From Marsupella aquatica (Eukaryota; Plantae; Marchantiophyta): 64,000 bases of DNA. Both the position numbers and the translations under genes were made by a program. Below the pieces are notes generated by a model, which saw only the letters and a program-made list of their open reading frames with translations, did no database searches and was not told where the DNA came from. Location of the stretch: positions 27,129,461 to 27,193,460 of the forward strand of contig OZ316891.1 of the NCBI GenBank assembly GCA_973895155.1, in the 5' to 3' direction. Below, in pieces: positions 13,040 to 25,274 of this stretch (positions within the stretch are counted from its first letter, which is position 1; each line of letters opens with the position of its first letter).

Positions 13040-13660
13040 CCTGGACACGCAGGTTTATCCAATCGTGGCGTGCAACTGGGAGGGATATTGTGCACATGTG
13101 ATCAAAGCGTAGTTGTAATTCCTCCCAAAGTACGCGTGGGTTATAGTGATTTAGATATTGTGTTTTGAGGGGTTATGCTAGATGGTGTCTAATCAGAATT
13201 AGTGCTCGGGCTTTCTGTTGTAGTGTATTGTCGTTATCTGTATGGATTGTGTCCTGTAAGTCTTTGGATGCAAGATGAGCCTCGACATCCAGGGACCAGG
13301 ATAAGAAATTTGCCCCATCTAAGGTCAGGGCTTGACAAAGTAGTTTCTCCATGGGGTTCGTGTTGTAATGTATATGATTTTGGGTTAAATTTTGTGGTTA
13401 TGGCTATATGGTGTTCTATCAATCTTCAATTGATGATATGTGAATCAGTATTACCAGGTCTCGTTTTGATGTCCTCCAGTGTTGTGTTCTCCTATGGTTG
13501 TTCTTCTGGTTCTGCTTCAATCTTTGGTTTGTATGGTCGAATGTGCTTCAATGTTCGATGTGAATCGATCTGCAATTTGTATTCATGTATGGTCCTCTTT
13601 CCTCTTTGATTTGATTTGGTCTCTGGCTTGTTTCCGGTTCTATCCTTATGATTTGCCCTC

Positions 13661-16600
13661 TGTCACGAAAGGTGATTCCAATCTATGTTGTTGAGTCATT
13701 GAGGTGGGTGCTTACTATGCCCGGGGAGAAATTATCCGCCTTCAGGAGAGTGACCTTGGCCAACTCCCAGAAGGCGGCCTTGGCCAGGGTACCTCATATG
13801 ATGTTGTGATGGGAGGCCGGGACCGTACGAACAACCTAGACGTGACGGTGGTCGGGGTAGAACCCAAGACTCGATAAGCCATATCTCGGGCGTCTGATGT
13901 CCGTTTTGGGAGCCGTTTTTGGGTTATGATCAGGATGGCAGTGGCTATCCATAAAATTTCTCAGGACCAGATTTTGAGAAACTTCTACTTTTGACAATTT
14001 TCATGGCCAAGGTAGTGGGAGCCACTGGCCGCCACGTAGTAGGAAGCAAGACCATGGCCTACATAGGACTTAGTCTAGTTTTTGTTAAGTTGATGTGGTG
14101 GCCGACAAAGGCACCGTTGGCCACCCATAGGTAGCAATAGGGTTAGAGTGCACGTGTGTGCCGCATGTGTAGAAATCTTTTAGGTTAGAGACGCCTCCAG
14201 TAGATGGCGGCCACCCAGGGCAGTGGCCGCCGCCACACCCCCTAGGGCTTGTGTGTTCACGTATTGTTGTTTTTGGTATTTAACCAGCAGCCCCTAGTAG
14301 GAGCAAGGGGGAACTCAGTCTAGTGTTGTTTGTGCGAGGATTGGCCTTCAAGGGAATTGATCTGGAGTATTGAGGTGGAGAGGTGCTCATTGTCCCGTGA
14401 GGCAAGAGTTGGGCAGACGGCAGGAGGCCGTGTTACCCATGCAATGTGTTACCTTGGCCACTAAAAGATATAGATTCGGTTGGATTTTCATGAATTCTTG
14501 TGTGGTGTTCTCTCTCTTTGTTGCACGATTGTGTTCTTCCCCTAGTATGAATGTTTAGAGACTCATTTAGAGAAACTTACATGGTTTGGTCGACCCTGTG
14601 AGTGGGAAAGTGGTGACAGCGCTTTACCAAAGGCTAGGAGGAGTAGGAACAAGATAGTCCATGGGGCTTGATCAAAAGCGGAGTACACGTATAGTTGATA
14701 GACTTGATCAAAAAATACATTTCCGGGAGCGGAAACAAATCTACTGTGGACTAGCTCAAAATAGGGTATGTAAGAAACTCATCATTTTTTTTTGCTTTTT
14801 GTACAAGGATAGTAAGAAATACATTTTAGCATTAGTAAAATACTTAGGGTTTGCAACCCTAAGTCACTAAGGAAGGATAGTAGGGAATCATGGAAGGGAA
14901 AAATATGTTGTTCTAAGAAGATGTAAAGGGATAAGTGAGGTCTGTATGGTAGGGCAGCAAATATTCTTTCCTTAGTTAGGATAGGCGACTAAGTCGGGAC
15001 CGGAAAATGACCCAACACCTGACATCTCATTTTTGGCTAATATTTCTCCCATGGGTGCGGGGAGGTCCCTAGGGAACCCTGAAAAATTATGAAGTGAAGT
15101 AGGGTCTCAACCTAGGAATGGTGAGTATTTTGGCTGAACTTAAAATAACCATCTAGCGGGTCCCGGAGAAATTAGCCAAGGGGTAGACATGTTTGGTTCG
15201 AGGTTAAAATTGGGTATATTATAGCCCATAATATCCCTTGAAAGTCTAAGAAGTAGTTTATCAACTTTGGTTAGTTTTTGGGAGCACCTCAAAGATTGGG
15301 AAAAGTAATGCAACCTATAGATATGGGCAAACTTAGGTATTTTTAGAAAAGTCAGTGCGTGGTATTTAGTGCGTTTGACAAATTCAGGAGGGAGTCCTAT
15401 GTCCAAGGATCCCATAACTATGCTCAGAAGTTCTTTTAGACATATGGGTGATTTTTTGGCATGGCTTTAAAAAGGGCTAGTACAAAGTTTTCTCCCGCGA
15501 GAGAACCAAATTTTTTCTAAGTGTGGAAACGCGACGACGCGGCTGCAACGAGGCTAGCACGAGGCAGGAAGGAGTCTAAGCACGAGGGCGGCTGCAAGTT
15601 GAGTGATTAGACTATGAAATCACATGGTGGAAAATCTATGGTGGGCTATTGTTGCTCCAGCACGAGATCGGCTAACTTAGGCAATGTGAAATTGATGCAG
15701 CAGCTGTCCAGTAAACGTGATCTCTGCCTGGATGCTGACAAATTGAGAAAGGGCAGGCACTACATAGGCTGTAGAGCTTGCTGCCAAGGAAAACGTGGAT
15801 GCTGCTGGCTGATTCACTCTACTGGCTGATTCAATGTGCTGGCTGATTCAATCTGCGGGTAGGTAAGCTTGTGCTGAGTAAATTCAAAAGAGAATGGCTG
15901 GCAATTGAGAATCCATGTGCTGAGAATTGACCAGCTGCTGCAATTTACAGCAGTTGTGAGCTATGGCTACTCCTGAGCAAATCAATCACAATCCAGCCCA
16001 ACAATTAGAAGGGACTCAGTCATAAATCAGAGGAGAAGCTACTGCAAAAATCAGTCAAGCAATTAGTCAAGGAATCATCCTCAAATCAGCTGCACAATCA
16101 GGCACGATGCTAAGCTCTATAGCTTCTGGAAAGACTGGACCTTATGAGGAACTCTCTCAGGTCGACACCTGGTATACACATAAGTGTAAACCGGGACCTA
16201 TGACAGTGTAATTCGGAGCCCTTTTGCACATAAGGGATTGAGAGAGGGAAAATGCCATAACTTGAGCTAGGGGCATCCGTTGGGGCCCATATTTTTTGTG
16301 CCGATTCAAGGGAAGGTAAAGCATCGTTGAGTGAAGGTAGAAACCCAGGAAAAGAAATACCCAGAGATATTTTAAATCGTCGCCATGGGGGGTCCCGCTA
16401 GCTTGCAAACGGGAGCTGCCAAGGGGGAATGAATACCAGATGTAGGGCCAAACACTTTGGGTACCCATACCACTTTAGTAAGGCTCTAGGGAAGGGTACT
16501 TACCTTTGGTCGAAGGTGCAAGGCCATCAAGTTAATAGAAGTGAGTATAGAGGGTAGTTTGTTTAGGGTAGTATAAGGGGTACAAGTCAAATAAGGCCAA

Positions 16601-17872
16601 CTTTGACTAGGCATAACTTTGGACTCAAGTACTCTTTTTGCGAGCTTTCAAGTGCGTTGGAAAGCTGATGAAGAGGACCATAAGTGGGAGCAGGTTTGGA
16701 GGTCAAAGCATGCAACTCATGCGTGGCATATTCCAGGGCTTGGAAGGAGTCAAGCAATAGGTTGTAGAGTGAGCTATGAACTATAGTTTGGACTTGGTGT
16801 GTTAGGAGGACTTGGGGGAGGTATAGCTGGACCCCAGGTCAAACTTGGTGTGGTGTGAAAGGAGAATAGTATATAAGGTGGAAGATTTCATTTGTTGAGG
16901 ACCAGAAGTCTCATTCTTAAGTGCAAGCTCTACCTTGCAAGTTGGGGCTAAGATTGAGAAGGGGAAGGAGGTCCATGCTTAGTGTGAAGAGTGTGTAGTG
17001 ACCTTTTATGTAAGGATTGAGTATACAATAAAAGGATTCTTCCAATCTTCATTGTGACCACTAAGTGTGATTAAATGTGAAGTGTTTGAGAGCAAGAGAA
17101 GAGTCCATGCTAGGATGCAATCTTGGTCTAATCGTGAAGGGGATGTGCTGGTACACAACCAAGGCCAGGGAGGCAAGGTAAAGGTGGAGCACTACTTTGG
17201 GGTTTAGAGAGGATTGTATCTTGAGGGTGGAAAGCACCTTGCTTTGTGTGAGAACCAAGAGGAAGAGTTCTTTGCAAGAAGAGTTTTTCTAGAGCTCAAG
17301 GGGGTGTGTGGACCCAAACCAAGGCCAGGGGGGCAAGGTTAAGGGGTAACACTACCTTGAGGATCTTGAGGGGACTTAAGCTTGAAGAGAAAAGTACTTG
17401 GGGTTCTTGGGTGTTTGTTTTAGGGTCTACTCTAAGGTGACAACTTGGAGTGGATATCCCCCTTGCTAATCCTTGGAGTAGAGGAGAGAGAAAGAGTGGG
17501 AGTGCAAAAGTAGTCAAGGTGACTACCTCTCTAGAAGTGGAGAGTTGAAACTACTTGTGTATGGTGTACTTAGACCTTGCATGTAGATTTCAGAAGTTTT
17601 GTCAATCCTTTGTGACCCTGGTATGACATGGAGCAAGTATTAGGTAGAGTTTTAGGGGAAAAGATGCTTAAGCTCCTTGACAAGTGTTTGACATCTACAC
17701 AAGCCCTTCCATCTATACTAGAGTGAGTGTAAATAGGGTGTGTCAAAGCACAATTGTAACTCAATTACAACTCAAGACATAAAATGTTGTTGTGGCCAGG
17801 ATCAAATACTATGGGCTACCATAATACGTACCCCCATAAGGGTGATATGTCCAAAACAATAAAGTCGTAACA
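13661..17872. mobile_element. Probable large solo LTR or LTR-retrotransposon remnant, non-coding
   Basis: Starts TGTCACG (13661) and ends CGTAACA (17872), near-inverse termini. Internal short duplications (~17155-17200 vs ~17315-17360). No credible ORF. Flanking 5-mers differ (ccctc vs ctttg). Confidence 0.45.
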
Positions 17873-19150
17873 CTTTGGTTCCAGGAGAACTTTGACACAC
17901 CCTATATGAATTCACTGAAATTAAGTTTTTGAAGCTGTTGCATTCAAAGTAGGGGGCATGCTTGGTTTTCAGGCTCTCGTTTTTTGGGATCCTGTGGCAT
18001 GTTTGGTTTGGTGTGACATGTACAAATTTTTTGGGTGGGTGGGGGTGGGTATGGTCTCTACTTTGGAAGTCTGTGTTGTGCACATAGTGGGCTCCAATCC
18101 CGGGCTTCAATTCAGTTCCTAATAGATAAATAAATAAATTCTTCCTTGAATTTTTTTTCTTTAATAATAAGCTGCAAAAAACCCTCGAAGGGGTGGAAGC
18201 AAACAGAACAAGACAACCGCAAAGCAACAACTCCCCGGGGAGGCCAGCAGGGAGGCCCCTAAACGGGGCCAGCCAAAAGCACCCTTCACCGCGCACCACA
18301 AGTACAATTACTATCAACCACAAGCACCAAGGGTAGGGGTGACCTATCTGGAATGGCCAAAGCCCATCAAGGGCTCCAGTGTCCTGTGAGCAAGTATGAA
18401 CCTATACTAAACGGACCCGCGACATGCCATGACCAGCTAAGCAAAGGGAGACCAACATAGAGCAGAATCAGCCCAACAAGGATCACTTAGCCCCCAGAGG
18501 TTCCACCCAGATGCAACATCACAATTAGAGGAGACCAATCCTACCACCAAAGCAACATCAACCCAAAGACAGGTGTCCATCTCTCCAAGACATCCACCCT
18601 TGTCGCTTCACCTTGATTGCTTCTCTGGCCCTCAAGAGCCAAATATGCTTCCACCCAATCGGAACCGCAGGGAAACGCCATGCAGGTGAGATGACATCTC
18701 ATAGAGTACCAGCCGCATGTCAAAGGATTTATGCCCATGTTCCACGAAGACGTGTTCATTCCTTCCCAGCTAGATCATCTTCAGTATTTGAAATATCAAA
18801 AAGAGTTGGACAACCTACAAATGGCTACGACCAAAGGAGGCATCCAATTGAGCTAAGAAGCATTGTCCTAGGGAAAAAATTATTCCACCGCAATATAGTC
18901 ATAGCACATTTGCCAACACTCAACAGCATGCACACAATGCACAAAGAGGTGAGGGATACTTTCTAGCACCCACGGACACAGCCTGCAAGCACCCCTACTA
19001 GCACTGACGTAAGGGCCCTAGCTCCAGTAAAAAGACCACCAGCAATAATATGTCAGAGAAACGTTTTGGCTCTAGTGGACAGGTTGGAGCCCCAAAGAGA
19101 TTGCCATCTCTTGCCCCATACTAACTCCAAGCCATTGGACAGCCAAATTT

Positions 19151-19225
19151 GGGGTATTTACATAAGACAGGAAACAGGAAAACAGGAAATCCAAAACAGG
19201 AAACGATGACAGGAAACAGGAAACC
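19151..19225 (+). repeat. Left terminal inverted repeat of the MULE, with tandem ACAGGAA units
   Basis: 19165-19187 is the exact reverse complement of 30674-30696. About six ACAGGAA(A) units lie within 19165-19225. Confidence 0.85.
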
Positions 19226-19504
19226 GAATATAGAAAACTTCAGCGAAGAATGCCCGAAATTATTCTGGTGTGAACAAAGAACTTGACATTCAAAATAGGA
19301 CGTTTAGAAGATTCGAGTCGAATGCACAAAAAATGGTCAAGAATAGCGCCAGGTGCTCGTTTAATAAGCTTATGGGAACTGTACATTTAAAACCATTTTG
19401 ACCGCTATCCGTTAGCGAATAGCAAATCCGTCCCAAAGAACAAAAACTCGTGTACAAGAAGATATCAAAGAACGTGCAGCATCTTGGTCGGGCAAGTGAT
19501 CACA

Positions 19505-20554
19505 CTAGCGCTTGGCGCTAGTCCTTTTGGTTGTGGAAGAACCGTTGTCGTCCTCGATGCCAGCCTTAGATGTGGCTGTGTTGGGAGTAAAACCGTTCTC
19601 ACCATAAATGTCAAGGATGGCATTCTCCTCACACCTCTTCAGCAGAGGCGGGTAACGACGAACCAAATCCAACCAATTTGCACATCCGACGCCAATCCAC
19701 AATCCACAAAGGCTTGTGATAGAAAATTAATTTACTAATATGGTAGCGCCAGGCGCTTACAAAAGTTCAAAATGATCCGAGGTGTCCACCCCGTAAACCG
19801 AAGGATCGCAAAATTCAAAAAGCAATGCGCATTGCGCATCCTATGCCTATCGCTTGATACTACCGAGACGGTAAACTAGCGTCACTTGTCAGATCTACAG
19901 ACAAGCGATGACAAAAATGGCTAAGACATGTATCGAATAATCTGTAAGAGATAGATCAAATAAGTTGTAGCCATACGCAAGACACACCCTAAACTGAACT
20001 CATCAACACATTTTGCAAACTACGCAATGTCCATTGTGAAGGTGACCATACTAGCGCAGGGCGCTAGTCCGTTCATTCGTAGATGAGCCACAATCGTCGT
20101 CGATTCCAGTTGCAGATTAGACTAAATCCGGAACAAAACCATGCTCTCGGGTCCTGATGTAAGAGGCAGATGGACTTTGCTCGTCACCGCTTTGGGGAAA
20201 CACGCCAGGAATGGTGGTACTCTGGAAATCTACACGGCCAAGTTCTTCATGTTTCCTCATTTCATCCTCCCGAGTTGGACTATGGGGAGGAGGTGGCCAG
20301 TGAACAGAAAACCTTTCCGCAAACCTCCTTGGCGGAGAATCCCTCAGCCACGGGATCAGCGTTTCACCAGGACTAATCGCTTCATCTTGCGGAAGGTTGA
20401 AGCGGTTGTGGAAGGCACTTGTTTCCGACCATCCGGGTTGTTCAGTCACGGGAACCGAACTCTCTTCCGAAATGATCATAGTGTCTTTGAAAGTAGGTTG
20501 CGGAGATTCTCTGGGGATTATCCATGGCAGGTAAGCGCAAGATCTCGAACACAA
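19505..20554 (-). pseudogene. Putative third MULE gene with a duplicated 31-aa module; function unknown
   Basis: EHGFVPDLV*SATGIDDDCGSSTNERTSALR (20054-20146) vs ENGFTPNTATSKAGIEDDNGSSTTKRTSAKR (19508-19600): 18/31 identical, with about 8 synonymous differences. A possible phase-2 intron 19713-20051 joins the two in frame. Confidence 0.45.
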
Positions 20555-21466
20555 TCGAAAGTGGAAAGCACTATAAGATGATAATGGCGGATCACACTGA
20601 GAACTGATGCAATACAGGGCATTCAGGACTTAATCGCTCAAAGTTTATAGGGATTAGGGTGTAACCTCGTGGCGACCTGAACCGCTCGCTCCATCCGGAA
20701 ACGGTGGTAGCACCCTCAAACTCCCGTTATGGTCTAAAAAGGAAACATGACCATCGCGGCAGACCAGACAAAATATTAACGGGAAATTTGACTGACGTCA
20801 TCCAGAAGGTACGGGAGTACCAATGTACCAGCGTCATGACCGTTATACAATTATTATAGTAGCGTCGGGCGCTACTATAATAGAAAGTGTACTTCGAGCG
20901 GACACTCCATGGTTACAACTGACATATAATATCTTTATTGTACAGTATTTCTGGCATACATTTGGGTAGCGCCCGGCGTTAGCATAGTTGCACTAAAAAA
21001 TACACCCAAAATAACAACAGAGATCCAAGTTAATCTGAGCACTCCAATTCACTGGATTCGGACCTGCCGGTAGATTCTGCCTTGATGTCTAAAAATTTGC
21101 TCTTGGCCATATCATCCACAAATCGGTTCCGCATAAATTTTCTATCAGACCCCCTCCTTAATCTCAAGCCTTTATTCTCCCAGTGCAGGGTACGCACACT
21201 GTCAACTTTTCTAGCAACATTTCAGCATAGGAAGGTAAGACAAATGGTTTCTCGAGAGTTTCAATATATCGCCTAGCTACTTTCCGTCTAAGTTGGAAAC
21301 GCCGGCGAAGATTCTAGTCTGACCTGAGGAGGAGAACATTGGATTTGATGTCAACGGCCGAAATATTTGCAAAAAAGGAAATTAAAAAATGTGACATCTA
21401 AGAGAGAAGAAGGGAATCGACCGTCATAAAAAACCGGGTTAGCTTATGAGCTTACTCGGTAGTTTC

Positions 21467-24400
21467 TTACTCAGAAGAGTCTCCGCTGTCACTCCCTCCA
21501 TTAGATTCTGGATCTTCTCCGATTAAAGACACTTTGGGAATGTTCGGATCCTCTTCTTCTTCTTCCCCCTCTTCTGCTTCATTCTCATCTTCGGAGTCAA
21601 AATTTAATACTGATTTAAGTTTGTCTCTCTTTTGTTTTGCAAGCATAGGCTTCGGAGGGGCTTTGGACTCAGATACTTTGGGAGTTAGAAGGTCAAGAAA
21701 TATTTTTGAAGCGGTTTCAACGAACTCCTTCCTATTCTCGAGCCCAATTACAAATCGACCACAATTATCACCTGCCACAAATGTACTCCCAGAACCTACA
21801 GCCCAATCCAGAACAATATCTCCGGGACACGTAATTAGTTCCAGAACAGACTGCATAAACCCTGGATGTAGTCTGGCATTCCCGGAAAATTCAAGCTCTG
21901 GAGTTGTATCCACCTTCGCAAACAGAAGTCCGATCAGATTTGTGATAGAGGGATCCTCTGTTCTTGAAAGAAGTTTGAACTTAGGATCCTTGGGGACTTT
22001 CACCTTGGATGATACTCGACAAAATATATCTAAACGTAAAGTGAATACCTGAAAAGGGAACATGAACAAGTAAGGACCAAAGAATTGTAATAGCGTCGGG
22101 CGCTAGTAAAGAATTAATAGTATGATTAGTAGTGTACCTAGGAAAAGATTAAAATTTATAATCGAGCACTACATAAAATGAGCAGCGCCTGGTGCTAGCA
22201 AAACTTTGAAAGTGTGATGAATAGATTTACCTGCAAATCAGACTTGGCCTTGTACATGGGGAACCCCATGACAACATTATGTGTACACAAACATTGGAAT
22301 TTCTTAGACTCTTGACATGCTGAGATGACCTGTGAAATCTGATCATACTCCCCCGTATGGAGTATCGCAATAATTCCGTCATCCGACATAAAGGGATCCA
22401 TTGCCTGGAAAAAACATCGGGCTAGCGTACAGTCGGGAACGTTCCATTTAGGGACCTTCCTATCAAGCAAAGTTGGTTTTAGCCCAGTTGGCAAATAAAT
22501 AAAACCAGTGTCAACACCAAAAGGCCTCTCTTTCCCACCCCTCACCACACCTTTCAGTCGGCATCCCGATTTGATTAAGTCCTTCCCCCACTTTTCGGCA
22601 TCATTAACCCATTCTGGCTTCTCCTCCTTGTTAAACACATTGTCCACTAATTCACTGACACTAGTCTCAACGAAACAATGATGAGATGCCTTGGATTTAA
22701 AATTCCCAACATCACGCTGGAGCCCGGTGGCCGCCAGAGAATCCCTTTCTGATTGCCCAGCATCGCGAGTCCTCCTGCTTTTCTTCTTTGTACTCGTTGC
22801 ATCGACTGGTACAATTGATTTTCCAGAATTAACTGGTGTAAGTGGATCTAGCAAAGCGCTAGTATTTGCTTCTGGAGCTTCCGGGGTAACCTTTGTATCA
22901 TCAGTGGCGTTTGCATCCGACTTCTTTTGACCTATTCACACATTGCAGAGAATGTGGGATAAGTGTCAGAAAGAAAAAAAATGGATTAAGGTTGATGTAT
23001 AGGAATAGTAGCGCCAGGCGCTAGCAAAGAACTAAACTGGGTTTGAATGGAAACGTATGTTTCTTCCCGGATCGCGTTGATGCACTTGGCAGTGCTGTGT
23101 CTACTTTCACTTTCCCCCTCGGCTTGCGGCTCCTGTCTACATGGACAACTACTATCTCGCAGATTGTTTGTAACTCAGTAGATGATTTGTTGACGTCGCT
23201 CAGGAGCCCTTGCTTCATCTCAGAAACTATGTTGGGTATAATCTGCAACTTGGCCAACCAATCCTTCTCCACTTCGTCAAATGGTGAATCCCACTTGTAT
23301 GTGTCAAGATACCACGGGCAGTGAATTCTTTCCCACTCAAACATTTCCCGTGGTGGAAGTTTACCCTCAGCAGGATACATCGAATATAAGTCAGCAACAT
23401 GATCTCCCTCCTTTGCAACAATCCACTTGTGAAATGCGGTTGGATACGCCCAAAGCGCATCCGGGGAATGTACTTCCATCCATATGTAAAAACGATACAA
23501 ATACCTCTTGGCCCTCTTCTGATTTTTCTCTGTATATACCTCTTTATCAGGGTATTTTGATGGCCAGGCCACATGGTGTTGAAGAACTTTGCCTTCACAA
23601 GATCCCCATACCTTCTGGATTCACTTGAAATAATTTCAATCAGACCCTCTACTGAGTCACACCCTGAATGGGCAAGCCTATCAACTGGGAGTGTTTTAAT
23701 GGCTGCGGAATTGCAGACTGCAACATCCCAATTGCGATTCCCTCGACGGTATTCCAGGTCTGCCATGTGTGACACCACTGCTTCACTGGATCATCATTCA
23801 CACTGGCAGGGTGGAAGAATTGTTTTCTCAACTTTGGAGTACAATGAGCAACAAGCAAAGTGCATCTCAATTTTGGATCGAGAGCAGAAACGGCTGTGAA
23901 TAGTCTAGCACGGTCCATAGTACAAACAACCGAATCGGGTTTTTTCTCTCGCTTGTTCTTCTCCATCAATACATACATCTCTGCACAAGTACCTAGAAAA
24001 TCTTCAAACTCAGGACTAAGAAGAGGAGTGATTTTGGATGTTTTCGTAGACCAATCTTTGGTGGCCTCTTTCAACATGAGTGACTATCGGTTTGCGACCT
24101 CATCAGCCGACCAAGGATTGCCTTGACTTGCTGCCAATGCCATGTCCATCTTGAACTGGTTAGTGTAAGCTTTGATTTTGTTTTCGCACAAAATATAAAC
24201 AAGAGCTTCCAGAGGCATTTTCCGTGTGTACCAAGAATGTTTTCGAGTCTTCTATTTGATATACTCAAACTTTGCATAATTGGCGCTGTCAATTATTGAC
24301 TTATAGTACTCTAGATTGTGAGAGAGAATCCTTCAGATTCTGTCTGCGTCAAGGATCCAAGACGGTTCAACAACGGCCTGCCCTAACCTGCAATAGGCCA

Positions 24401-25274
24401 TGTTTGAAATCAGTAGCGCCAGGCGCTAGCATAAAAAACACTCTCTTTAGTATTTATTTAACAGCAATGGATTGCGGAAATGTTTAATTACAAGTTTGTG
24501 CCGAATTACTTACTGGTTGACAGTGAGCATAGCCGCCTCAATCTGAATTTGCGAAGCTTTATCACCCTTGAAAATGGTGCAGAGAACTCTAGGATGATAC
24601 TTGACATTGTCTGGATTTTCCTTTGTGACCATAGTCCACGAGTAAAGTTGGTGATTCCCATCAAACACTGAGAACATTTTGTATTTCAAGATCGTAAAAG
24701 CTGGATCTGCCGCGCATTCTAACTCAAATTTCTCGTTCTCAGCAACCCAAATAGCATCCCAAGTCTCCCTGATCTCCTCACTGCAGATTTGCTCCACACC
24801 ATCGGAATCGGTCGGTTGCACAAAAAACTGCATTCCAATCCTTGGATTGTAGCCACTACTTCGGAACGAGTCTTTCAATTTCTCAATTGACGCACTCTCC
24901 TTTTGAAGCGTCCGCACTACCTCCATGTGGATCAACCGACAAAGCGGAATCCTGGGCGGTTCCTTCTCGTTTCCCCGTAAATCTTTTCCAAATGACATTA
25001 TGTGTCGCGAGATGACTTCATCCATCCCTAATGCAACCTCTTTGCCCTCTCCCAACGCATAATCGGTCATGCTATCCGTGTCCATTTGGACCCTTCTGGA
25101 CTTCTGGTGTGGTAGTGTTGCGTTGATGGAAGTGATTGCTCCGCTTGACCTTGTAACTCGACTCGAGTAAAATGCCCCAGAGAACGAAGATTGTGTAGAC
25201 TCGCAATGACCGTGATCTTCCTCTGGAATTGTGGTATACCCTCTTGGAGAGCTTGGGGCGCTTGAAGGTTGCAT
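21467..25274 (-). pseudogene. MULE accessory gene: ParB/Srx-like N-terminal domain plus beta-class N4/N6 DNA methyltransferase-like domain and acidic tail
   Basis: Exons 25274-24514, 24387-23059, 22931-22231 and 22048-21467 splice in phase; the donor at 23058 is mutated GT>AT; a further exon is possible at ~21323-21030. ParB-like: IPLCRL...R...IEKLKDSFRSSGYNP...VFDGNHQL. MTase-like: VDTGFIYLPT, FMSDDGIIAI, LHPGFMQSVLELITCPGDIVLDWAVGSGSTFVAGDNCGRFVIGLE. Exon 2 has 3 stops and frameshifts. Confidence 0.8.

Larger units (their letters stand above)
4510..13352 (-). pseudogene. Copia gag-pol polyprotein, disrupted by stops, frameshifts and insertions at 5113-5736 and 9436-13039
   Basis: Start ATG at 13352 (MEKLLCQALTLDGANFLSWSLDVEAHL). 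ORF-track fragments 9015-9446, 8373-8753, 7736-7939, 7145-7678, 6760-7062, 6448-6639, 6080-6397, 5720-6007 and 4638-5132 line up as gag-PR-IN-RT-RH. Confidence 0.9.
3374..13660 (-). mobile_element. Decayed Ty1/copia LTR retrotransposon, Bianca-like lineage; 5' LTR missing; two nested insertions
   Basis: Minus-strand fragments in copia order: gag (ARHDWINLRVQDYTSVANYNSEL once the insertion is removed), protease (CIVDSGTSHSI), integrase (IKTLRVDNAGEFTS; GPQRQRGIYIGFNSPSIIRFLEP, typical of Bianca), RT (SMYGLKQSG, IYVDDINIFG) and RNase H (IYEDN...RIKHIAPK). Confidence 0.92.
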
